From: Thermoproteota archaeon
GTDB lineage: Archaea; Asgardarchaeota; Jordiarchaeia; Jordiarchaeales; Freyrarchaeaceae
Reading direction: 5' to 3'
NCBI GenBank assembly: GCA_029258835.1
Contig: JAPDJY010000060.1
Coordinates: forward strand, 1-15,141
DNA: 15,141 nt
The translations under genes were made by a program, and so were the position numbers. The notes below the pieces were generated by a model. It worked only from the letters and a program-made list of their open reading frames with translations. It did not search any database and was not told the origin of the DNA. Positions within the stretch are counted from its first letter, which is position 1; each line of letters opens with the position of its first letter. This document shows, one piece after another, positions 1-7,437 of this stretch.

Positions 1-1714
1 TGAAGACGCTGTCCGTGTCAGCGTAGAGGACTGATAGCCCATGCTTCCTAGCGATTTCTATCGCCTTCTTAATGGTCTCCCTGCCCCAGGCAGCCGTTGC
101 CTCGGCTACAGGTTGAAGGTACCATCTCGCCCCGAGCCAGCCGCAGTACCCGTAGACCGCATTGGTCATTGTTTTGACAGCCTTCTGCCGCTCGTCGAGG
201 AGGACGTAGTCGAGGCTGCCCGGCTCAACCATCTTCATTCGCTCCCTTATCTCGCGCCTCACACCTATGAGCTTCTCGAGGATCTTCTTGTAGAATCCTG
301 GGGGGTGCCTCCTGAACCTGTGCCCCACCTCCGGGGCAACGTAGACCTCGTCTTCAGGGACTTCTTCACTAGGGGGGACGTAGGTGTCAGGCGAAACGTT
401 GTACTTTATCATTATGTTCGGGTACATAGAGGCGAAGTCTAGGACTGCCACGTCCTCGTAAACCCCGGGCTTAGGCTCTAGGACGTATCCTCCAACATAG
501 GACCTTTTGGGCCTCTCTAGCCTGCTTGGCACCAACTCGCCGGCTGCGTGAGCCTCCCTCATAAGCATGTTTTCCACCCTGAAGCCGACTCCAGCCCTCA
601 TCACCTGGTCGAGGGGCATCCCTGTCACCTGCGCCATGGAAAACGCGGTGTGCAGGAGCTTCCTTGCAACTCCGAGGATCAGTTCTACGTCGTGGCGTGA
701 CGACTCCACTATTTGGCCTCTCAGGGACTCGTCATCCCAGTAGCGTGGCACTTGGGTGAAGTCAACGCTTACCCTTGGCGTTTCGGCTTCAACTTTCAGG
801 TAGTCGGCTATGTTTCTCAGAGTCTTCAGTTTAACTTCTGGCAGGACGCTGGCTACGTCGTAGAGGTCTACGTGGGCTCTTCCAACGACGGACACGTGTC
901 CATAGACGCTCACGTGCGGCTCAGACCCGTCCCTGTTAATGGTGAGGGGGATTTTCAGGTGGCTGGCACGCTTCATGAGGTATTGAAGGTCGAAGAAGTT
1001 GGAGTAGAATCCGACTACGACGTCTGGGTCGTAGCTGGAAATGTAAGAGGTGAAGGATTCTAGTGCCTCCCTGTCATCGTGTCCATCGGCTTCAAACTGC
1101 CTGACCTCTCCGTCGCCTGTTATCGTGGATACGAGTACCACGGGGTCTTCCTCGGGATTCATGGCACCCGTCGGGCTGTAAACATCTATTTTAAATCCTA
1201 CCAGTTTAAGGGTTGGGGGGCGACCCTCACCTGAGGGAGTTGGATGCGACTCCGCAACGTACACTTTGTAGCGTTCTCCTCCCTCCTCGTCCGCCTCAAC
1301 GGTGTGCCAGCAGCATGGGGTTACACCCGTCACGTTCATATACTTCGTGTAGAACCTTATATCTGCTTCAAGGCATGCCTTGACCCCGGGAAGCTTCCCA
1401 AGCTTCTTTGCGTACTGGGATGCGTAGTCGGGGTCTTCGAAGAAAACCTTAAGGGCCTGTGTAGGCTTGCCGAGGAAAAGACGGTCTACAACCTCGACGC
1501 TGGTTATAGGGGATGCCTCTATGGATGAAACCTTAACAGCGTCTACGACGGATTCGGCTGACACGCCATCCTTAAGGAGAATGTAAAGGTGAGGTTTAAA
1601 CGAGCGGTCTATAACTAAAACGCGGTCGCCTTTATTATCAATCCCCCAGAGGAGGACTTCAGGACTCCTCCCGGTCTTTTGCCCGACGTCCAGAACCCAG
1701 AATGAAAGCTTCAA
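1..1714 (-). CDS. polB: Family B DNA polymerase, archaeal PolB3-like (5' part; continues beyond the window's left edge)
   Basis: Manual translation from TTG 1714 (in-frame ATG at 1741 also possible): MKLSFWVLDVGQKTGRSPEVLLWGID...DRSFKPHLY...LEADIRF. Polymerase motifs are A VLDFASMYPNIMIKYNVSPDT (~385-447), B RQKAVKTMTNAVYGYCG (~140-190) and C LYADTDSVF (~2-28). The start, Exo motifs and motif C were checked to share one frame. Confidence 0.97.
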   Translation of the reverse strand, partial: MKLSFWVLDVGQKTGRSPEVLLWGIDNKGDRVLVIDRSFKPHLYILLKDGVSAESVVDAVKVSSIEASPITSVEVVDRLFLGKPTQALKVFFEDPDYASQYAKKLGKLPGVKACLEADIRFYTKYMNVTGVTPCCWHTVEADEEGGERYKVYVAESHPTPSGEGRPPTLKLVGFKIDVYSPTGAMNPEEDPVVLVSTITGDGEVRQFEADGHDDREALESFTSYISSYDPDVVVGFYSNFFDLQYLMKRASHLKIPLTINRDGSEPHVSVYGHVSVVGRAHVDLYDVASVLPEVKLKTLRNIADYLKVEAETPRVSVDFTQVPRYWDDESLRGQIVESSRHDVELILGVARKLLHTAFSMAQVTGMPLDQVMRAGVGFRVENMLMREAHAAGELVPSRLERPKRSYVGGYVLEPKPGVYEDVAVLDFASMYPNIMIKYNVSPDTYVPPSEEVPEDEVYVAPEVGHRFRRHPPGFYKKILEKLIGVRREIRERMKMVEPGSLDYVLLDERQKAVKTMTNAVYGYCGWLGARWYLQPVAEATAAWGRETIKKAIEIARKHGLSVLYADTDSVF

Positions 1715-2016
1715 CGGAAACCCCCCGGGAACCTCCAACATTGAAAGAGGAAGAAAGGGAAAATAAATTTTAGCGTTACAAGGTGGAGTGGCGTCTGCTC
1801 CGTTACTGTTGACTGGTCATGAGGAGTTCATGGAAAGGGGGTTTCCTTTGCATCATCGGGAATTTATGGTGGGATCGTCGCTCGCTGGGTGAAAGGGTCA
1901 TTAGGGCCTGTCTTCCTTCACTATTTTCACTTTTCTCTTCGGCGACCCATTTCTCTTCCTGCAACTTCTTTCGGTTTCTTCGGTGATGGGGACTGTTTTT
2001 GGTGTTGTGAAGCGTG

Positions 2017-2030
2017 GGAAACTTAAAAAC
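2017..2030 (+). promoter_or_regulatory. Candidate BRE/TATA promoter for the antitoxin-PIN cassette
   Basis: GGGAAACTTAAAAA (purine run followed by an AT box) about 35-40 nt upstream of TTG 2065. Confidence 0.35.
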
Positions 2031-2064
2031 TTCTAGCTTCAAAGTTTTAATTGGGTGTTCTGCT

Positions 2065-2295
2065 TTGGATGACGAGGATAGGATGCTGGAGGATGAGGCT
2101 GAGAGGGAAGTTAGGAGGAAGCATGCTGACTGGGCGTTCATAGAAGCGCAACCTCCGAAGGTGAGGGTAGCGTTAAAGCTGTACGTGGAAACGGGAGATG
2201 TTTACAAGGCTTCACGGCTTGCCGGGTTAACAGTGGAGGAATTTAACGAGCTTAGGATTAGGGCTAGGATTCCCGTTGTGGTGTGGAGGGATTAG
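2065..2295 (+). CDS. Small HTH antitoxin-like protein (UPF0175-like), copy 1
   Basis: MDDEDRMLEDEAEREVRRKHADWAFIEAQPPKVRVALKLYVETGDVYKASRLAGLTVEEFNELRIRARIP. The G..KA..LAG....EF...L.....IP pattern resembles UPF0175-type HTH proteins that pair with PIN genes. Start is uncertain (2014, 2065 or 2083). Confidence 0.75.
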   Translation: MDDEDRMLEDEAEREVRRKHADWAFIEAQPPKVRVALKLYVETGDVYKASRLAGLTVEEFNELRIRARIPVVVWRD

Positions 2296-2881
2296 GCTGC
2301 TAGTGGTGGTATAATTGCTATGCAGCGTGGACACTTGTTTCCTGATTGATTGGGCTAAGTATAGGAGGAGAGACATTCTCCAAGGGGTTTTCGAGGCTGC
2401 GTATGTTACTCGGGACGTTCTAGATGAGGCTAGAACTGAGGCTACTCTTTCCTACATTGGAGATTTGCTGGCTGATGGGTTCCTAGCCTTTTACCCTTTG
2501 ATGGAGGATGTTACCTCTCTCGTGAGGGAGATCGTTGCTGTTTCGATAAGGGATCCTAGAATTAGGACGATTGATCCCCCTGAAGCATTTGCCTTAGCGA
2601 TAGCCGTTAAGGAAGAATGCATATGTCTAACAGAGAATAAAGGTGTGCTCCGCCTATCAGAGCTGTACAGGGACAGGTTTAACGTTGAGGTTTGGAGAAG
2701 CTACGAAGTGCTAAAAAGGGCTTATAAGATAGGATTAATAGAAAGCTTGGAGGAGGAGATTAGGGCGTATGAGGAGGACACGGGACATCTTTTCCCGCGA
2801 AGAAGAGTGGAGAAAGGAGGATGAGGCTGAGAGGGATGTTAGGAGGAAGCATGCTGACTGGGCGTTCATAGAAGCGCAACC
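2088..2881 (+). repeat. 66-bp direct repeat (2088-2153 and 2816-2881; 65/66 identical), with weaker similarity continuing about 45 bp further
   Basis: GGAGGATGAGGCTGAGAGGGA(A/T)GTTAGGAGGAAGCATGCTGACTGGGCGTTCATAGAAGCGCAACC occurs twice, once in each antitoxin-like gene. Confidence 0.95.
2315..2824 (+). CDS. PIN-domain protein (COG2405/DUF3368-like), putative toxin ribonuclease
   Basis: N-terminal VDTCFLID, then VLDEA, IDPPEAFALAIA and CLTENKG, matching the PIN acidic-residue layout. The C-terminal helical tail resembles DUF3368. It lies between two small HTH genes. Confidence 0.85.
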   Translation: MLCSVDTCFLIDWAKYRRRDILQGVFEAAYVTRDVLDEARTEATLSYIGDLLADGFLAFYPLMEDVTSLVREIVAVSIRDPRIRTIDPPEAFALAIAVKEECICLTENKGVLRLSELYRDRFNVEVWRSYEVLKRAYKIGLIESLEEEIRAYEEDTGHLFPRRRVEKGG

Positions 2882-3020
2882 CTCAAGAGTGAAAGCGGCG
2901 TTGAAGCTGTATGTGGAGACCGGGGATCTAAGGTTAGCTCAGAGAATAGCGGGAATGGGGTTAGAGGAATTCATAGAAACACTTCTTAATGCAAAGATCC
3001 CTCGAGTGACCTTTATCTGA
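2769..3020 (+). CDS. Small HTH antitoxin-like protein (UPF0175-like), copy 2
   Basis: Paralog of 2065-2295 (EDEAERDVRRKHADWAFIEAQP...LYVETGDLRLAQRIAGMGLEEF). It overlaps the PIN gene 3' end by 56 nt, and GGAGG lies upstream of ATG 2769. Confidence 0.8.
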   Translation: MRRTRDIFSREEEWRKEDEAERDVRRKHADWAFIEAQPSRVKAALKLYVETGDLRLAQRIAGMGLEEFIETLLNAKIPRVTFI

Positions 3021-3109
3021 ACCCTCGCAAGAAGACCCTATGCGAAAGCGTGGGAATAAATTGCGGTTAAAATTCAAATTTGCCTTCCAATGTTTTTTGG
3101 GATGTTCCC

Positions 3110-3345
3110 GTGCAAAAGGATGTTCAAGTAACGGTTGTAGGAAAGGTTTTTCAAGCCTAATAGAAAGAAGGTTTTAGCCCTCAGGAGCTCATATGAATAT
3201 TTTGGGCTTGTTGAGTGGTGTCTGGACTTCAATTCGGCTTCTAAAGAGGTTTCTACGTGGAAACGGATATGAGTGTGCTAGGAGGTTTTCAGCCTTCTTT
3301 TTAGGTCTGGAAATAGCCGCAGCTTTAAAGAGGAAGGTGAAGTGG
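3110..3345 (+). pseudogene. Degraded N-terminal fragment of an IS200/IS605-family TnpB-like gene
   Basis: Stitching across two frameshifts (T run ~3147-3152 and ~3246) gives VQKDVQVTVVGKVF/KPNRKKVLALRSSYEYFGLVEWCLDFNSASK/RFLRGNGYECARRF, which resembles archaeal TnpB N-termini as I recall them. No RuvC or Zn-finger region is visible. Confidence 0.6.
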
Positions 3346-3575
3346 AGTGGGGGGGTTAAAGTGATAGGTGGAGGAGGGTGGAGAGGTGAGGGTGAAGCTT
3401 AGAAGGAATATTGCTGCCGGGGCGGATGCAGGGTTTCCCCAGCATGTCTTGGTGGAAATTGCAGCGAAGCCAATGGTTAGGCTTTAAGCGTTGAAGACCT
3501 TTTCACGGAGGACTCGCTAAACCACCTTAGGAGAATGGTGAGATGAAGAAGAAATGATTTTATGAAGGGTGGTGA

Positions 3576-3592
3576 AAAGTAAGGTTTAAATT
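3576..3592 (+). promoter_or_regulatory. Candidate BRE/TATA (AAAGTAAGGTTTAAATT) upstream of a structured non-coding segment
   Basis: Purine-rich stretch followed by TTTAAA at 3585-3590. Confidence 0.35.
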
Positions 3593-3813
3593 GTTCGAGG
3601 GTTAAGTGTAACCCGGACTGGTTGCGGGACGAGAGCTATCCTCTGTAACCAAGGCGAGAAAGTACGAAGGCGTATCTGTGAAGCCCCCGGGGGCAAGCTT
3701 TTTCAACCTTGCGGGAACTGCCGGGAACTCTTGACGGCTAGAAATTTAAACTGCTTATCCTCCTGTTTTCCCTATGTTTTTCACTTGGAAAGAACGTGTG
3801 GTGTTGGGTGGCG

Positions 3814-5319
3814 TTGGAGTCCGAGTTCATGGTTCTCGGCGTGGTAGCTCTTTCCATAGTGGTGGCTCCGCTCTTAGCTACGCGAGTTGGGATTCCAGGG
3901 GTCATAGCGGAGTTCTTAGTCGGCTTTATCATTGGCCCTTATGGGCTGGGCTTAATTAGGAACGAGTATGAGTGGCTTTCATTCATAGGGGCGCTTGGCC
4001 TCGTCTTCTTAATGTTTCTGGCAGGTTTGGAGTCTGACCCGGAGATCATAAGGGAGGATTTTAAAGCTATAATTTTAGTGGGAGCCGCCAGCTTCATACT
4101 GCCGTTGACCGTAGGCTTAGCGTTTGCCTTCTCGACATCACTCTATAGCTTTGTTGAGGCGATGCTTTTGGCTTTCCTGTTCTCGGCGGGGTCGGCGGGG
4201 GTTCTAATACCTATCCTTAGAAGGTATGCTGACAGGCGACTGGTGCACATCATGATTGGAGGGGCAATAGTAGATGAGGTGTTAAGCCTTCTGGGGATGG
4301 CCTTAATAGTCAGCATATTCACCCCTCTAATTCCGGGGTTTCCGCTTCCTCTCCAGATCTCACCCTGGGGGGTAGCCCTCTTCGTCGGGGAGATCCTGAT
4401 CTTCCTAGTCATAGTACGCTTACTCCCTAAAGGGATAGAGAAGGTGATTAAAAAAGTTGGAGAGAAGAGGGTGGAGGAGTTCGAGGTCAGACTCACCATA
4501 CTTCTCATGCTTGCACTGGTCGTGGTAGCCGAGGCCCTTTCATTCCATGCTGTGATAGGGGCATTCCTAGCCGGGCTAGCCCTCAGGGAGGCTGCGACCG
4601 TTAACCCAGAGTTCTACGATATAGTGTACCCAAAGATTACGACCATAGGCTACGGCCTCCTCATACCAGTCTTCTTCTTCACCATAGGGTTAAAGGCTAA
4701 CATAACAGGGCTGGAGGCAGAGGCCCTAGCCGCCATAGCACTTGCCCTAGCTTTAGGGCTGGCGTTCGCGTCGAAGCTTGCAGGGGGATACGTAGCGTCC
4801 ATAGCTGCCAAGCTGAAAAGGAGGGACTCCATAGGAGTAGGGTTTGCGATGAACGTCCGTTTAAGCGTGGGGATCGCCATAGCCGAGGTTGGCCTTAGCT
4901 CACGCCTGATAGCGTCTAACACCTACACGCTCTTCGTAGTAATATCCGTTGTAACCACGCTGGTGGCTGCGCTTGGGTTAAGCAGGTTCATGAAGGTTAA
5001 ACCGGCCGTCACCGAGCCGGAGGAAGAGCTTTTCATATGCGTGCTGCGAGGGCTTAAAGTAGAGCTTGAAGACGTCGACGACACCCTACATGAACTTCTC
5101 CAGATGGTATCTCGCCGACGACTAACCTGCGACGACATACCGGCACTTAACGTCAAAGAGAAGGTTTCTAACAGGGAGATCACATTGCTTCTGATTAGGG
5201 AAGCAGTAAGTAGGAACCTTATAGAAATAAAGGGTAACATGATACTTGTGACCCCGAAGGGGGAGAAGTTCCTCAGGGAGCGTGGAGGGGGAGGAGGGGA
5301 GGGGGAGCTTACCTCATGA
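3814..5319 (+). CDS. Cation:proton antiporter (CPA2/KefB-NapA type) with a C-terminal winged-helix-like extension
   Basis: Roughly 12-13 hydrophobic segments. Motifs LGLVFLMFLAGLE, GAIVDEV, IGAFLAGL, PVFFFTIG and FASKLAGG are typical of the Na_H_Exchanger family. A soluble tail of about 100 aa follows. Start could be 3796, 3814 or 3829. Confidence 0.93.
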   Translation: MESEFMVLGVVALSIVVAPLLATRVGIPGVIAEFLVGFIIGPYGLGLIRNEYEWLSFIGALGLVFLMFLAGLESDPEIIREDFKAIILVGAASFILPLTVGLAFAFSTSLYSFVEAMLLAFLFSAGSAGVLIPILRRYADRRLVHIMIGGAIVDEVLSLLGMALIVSIFTPLIPGFPLPLQISPWGVALFVGEILIFLVIVRLLPKGIEKVIKKVGEKRVEEFEVRLTILLMLALVVVAEALSFHAVIGAFLAGLALREAATVNPEFYDIVYPKITTIGYGLLIPVFFFTIGLKANITGLEAEALAAIALALALGLAFASKLAGGYVASIAAKLKRRDSIGVGFAMNVRLSVGIAIAEVGLSSRLIASNTYTLFVVISVVTTLVAALGLSRFMKVKPAVTEPEEELFICVLRGLKVELEDVDDTLHELLQMVSRRRLTCDDIPALNVKEKVSNREITLLLIREAVSRNLIEIKGNMILVTPKGEKFLRERGGGGGEGELTS

Positions 5320-5542
5320 AGCGGTCTTTTTTCATGGGTGTTGGTGTATGTCCGCAGTAGTAGACCTTTTCCCGATGCTTAAGCCTTTTAAAGTAAGGCT
5401 ACGGTGACGGTGGCGAGGGGAGCGAGCTCCATGGATCTGCGCTCGATGAGGAGCGTGGAGACCGTCCGCAAGTCAGGCAGCGAAGGGGAAAATGGTGATG
5501 AAAAGTCACATTAAGGCCAACCCGGGGTAATAGAGAAGTCTA

Positions 5543-6615
5543 CTAGCTCTTCCTCGCAGTAACGAAGAACGAGAAACGTATTTTAACGTCTTCGAGACCG
5601 GCATTACGCAGAAATTCCTTAATTTCTCTCCTCGAGTAGGACCTGTTTCCTCCGAATAGCCTGATAGCCACGTCTGTAACGGTTAGCTTCTCGCCTTTCT
5701 TTATCATGGTGGTTAGGAGGAACCTTCCGTTCCTTTTAAGTATTCTGGCGCACTCGCGTATAGCCCTTGAGGATGGTCGCAGCGGTGAAGGTAGGAGAAG
5801 GTGAAGGCGACATCCACTGACTCGTCTGGAATAGGCCACCTCTCAGCGGAGGGGTCGACCGTGATGAAGCTGACGTTTTCAAGCTCCATTAGGAGTTTAG
5901 GTGAGGGGAGAGGCTTCCCGGCGATCCTTTCTACGGGCGTGTGCATGCACTCGTCCACAACGTTGGAGGAGAAGTCGATGCATATGAGGTTACAGTCGAA
6001 GTCGAGATAGTTAAGGATGGTGACTGGTTCGGCTCCGAAGCCACATCCAACGTCCAGAATGGTCTTTCCCTTGAGGGACCTGCCACCGCCCAAGTCTAGG
6101 AGGGCGCGGCGGCCTATGTCGAAGACTGGGTGATGGGTTTGAAAGTAGAAGATCGTTGCTATTTCGGGCGAGGTTAGATCGACTTTCCCGCCTCTCAGGA
6201 CGGTGAGGGCTGCACGGTAAGCCATGCGTTCAACGCCTTGGAACGTTACGTTAAATGGTTTAAGGGCTGGGTGTTTAGCCTTCAGGCGAAAAAACTTTTC
6301 AACCATCCACCAGTTTACCACGTATTTGCCGTCAACTACCCTAAAAACCTTAAGTTCCTTCAGGGTTTCAAAAATGTCCTGGAGGAGGTCCGTCCTCTTA
6401 ACGCCGCCGAGGAAGCTTGAGATTTCTTCAAGGCTTCGAGGCATACTCGTAAATCCTAAGACGCCGAGCTTCTCGAGGCAGATGATGAGCTGCAAAGCTG
6501 AGACGACGTCGGTCAGCTTAGGGATCCACAGGCGTAGAAGGGGGACGTTACGGAATAGCCTTAAGGCCGCCCTCACCTCTCCGAAGGAAAGCACCAAACG
6601 CCCTCCTGAAACCAT
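5543..6615 (-). pseudogene. Class I SAM-dependent methyltransferase with N-terminal HTH-like domain, split by a frameshift near 5768
   Basis: Motif I ILDVGCGFG, acidic motif CIDFS and post-II WPIPDESVDVAF lie in ORF 5713-6615. The expected continuation RAIRECARILKRNGRFLL lies in a different frame (ORF 5543-5839). One base is missing at CCT CAA GGG CTA (restored: CAA AGG GCT ATA). Confidence 0.85.
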
Positions 6616-6737
6616 GGGAAGATTACGACTAATTTTAAACAGGCAAATTTAAACTTTCTGCTATAAAAAATTAATAGGAAATTGACTTGTGGAAATTAAT
6701 TTAAGGTGAATGCCAGGTGAAAGAAATAGTGTGAGGT

Positions 6738-6769
6738 AGAGGGAGAGCCAGCAAGAGGGAGAGCCAGCA
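6738..6769 (+). repeat. Perfect 16-bp tandem duplication (AGAGGGAGAGCCAGCA x2)
   Basis: 6738-6753 is identical to 6754-6769, in the divergent intergenic region. Confidence 0.95.
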
Positions 6770-6842
6770 CTGTTTTGTTGGGGGCTACCATCCCATGTTG
6801 CACGCTCAGCAGTAGCTTGGGATTTTACGGAAATTTTATAGG

Positions 6843-7409
6843 GTGGTAGAGTTTCCCTTTCCTTGGGAGGAAGTGGAGTTGGAGTGGAGAAGCGACGAGG
6901 TTGTTCCCATACACGCGTACGCTTGCTTTAGCGTGTCCGAAACAGGGGAGTTCCATCAGGTCCTGATATATGACTATTACGACCCGGAAGGATACTACGC
7001 CTCACTAGAAGGAAACTTGGACGAGTACGCTAAGGAGGTGGAGAAGCTCTGGTTAAACATGCAAGGGTTCCTTGACGAGGAGAGGAACGAGGTTAATGGG
7101 CAGCCTGTTTACCCTGAGGTGGTGTTCACCGACATAGAGTTTAGGGGGCAGGACGAGTACCCGTACATAATGTGGGTGATCACGTTCAGAGGGGACTTGA
7201 AGCCCGGCATGAACGTGTACTCGACGTGGACTGAGGAGGAAGAGCTGGAGTACGACTGTGAGGCATTATGGGTCTTCCCCGACGGAACGGAGATAGCCGA
7301 CGTTAAAACGTTAATGGAGTATGAGATACACGGGAACATACTTTTTCTGTGGGCGCGGAAGGGAGACGTAATTGGAGGCCACGAGGAAATATCCTTCATT
7401 CTGCCCTGA
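6843..7409 (+). CDS. Hypothetical protein, highly acidic and aromatic-rich, probably beta-rich
   Basis: Clean 188-aa ORF with genome-typical codon usage. No motif recognised. Confidence 0.85.
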   Translation: MVEFPFPWEEVELEWRSDEVVPIHAYACFSVSETGEFHQVLIYDYYDPEGYYASLEGNLDEYAKEVEKLWLNMQGFLDEERNEVNGQPVYPEVVFTDIEFRGQDEYPYIMWVITFRGDLKPGMNVYSTWTEEEELEYDCEALWVFPDGTEIADVKTLMEYEIHGNILFLWARKGDVIGGHEEISFILP

Positions 7410-7437
7410 GGGAGGCAGCGTGAACCCTCCTTGCGCC

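Noticed and set aside
41-1528. Plus-strand ORFs 41-442, 713-1063 and 1244-1528
   Set aside because: Antisense shadows of the polB gene.
1803-2141. Minus-strand 112-aa ORF; part of the region reads like a decayed small antitoxin (KTVPITEET/KKLQEEK)
   Set aside because: It overlaps antitoxin copy 1 antisense and is low complexity. The antitoxin resemblance is too short to support.
3040-3402. Cys-rich 45-codon ORF (3040-3177) and 69-aa ORF (3193-3402)
   Set aside because: Better explained as off-frame or chimeric readings of the frameshifted TnpB-like relic.
3600-3740. Possible 5S rRNA, SRP RNA, hammerhead ribozyme or fluoride riboswitch
   Set aside because: Only short word matches. The core consensus elements are absent.
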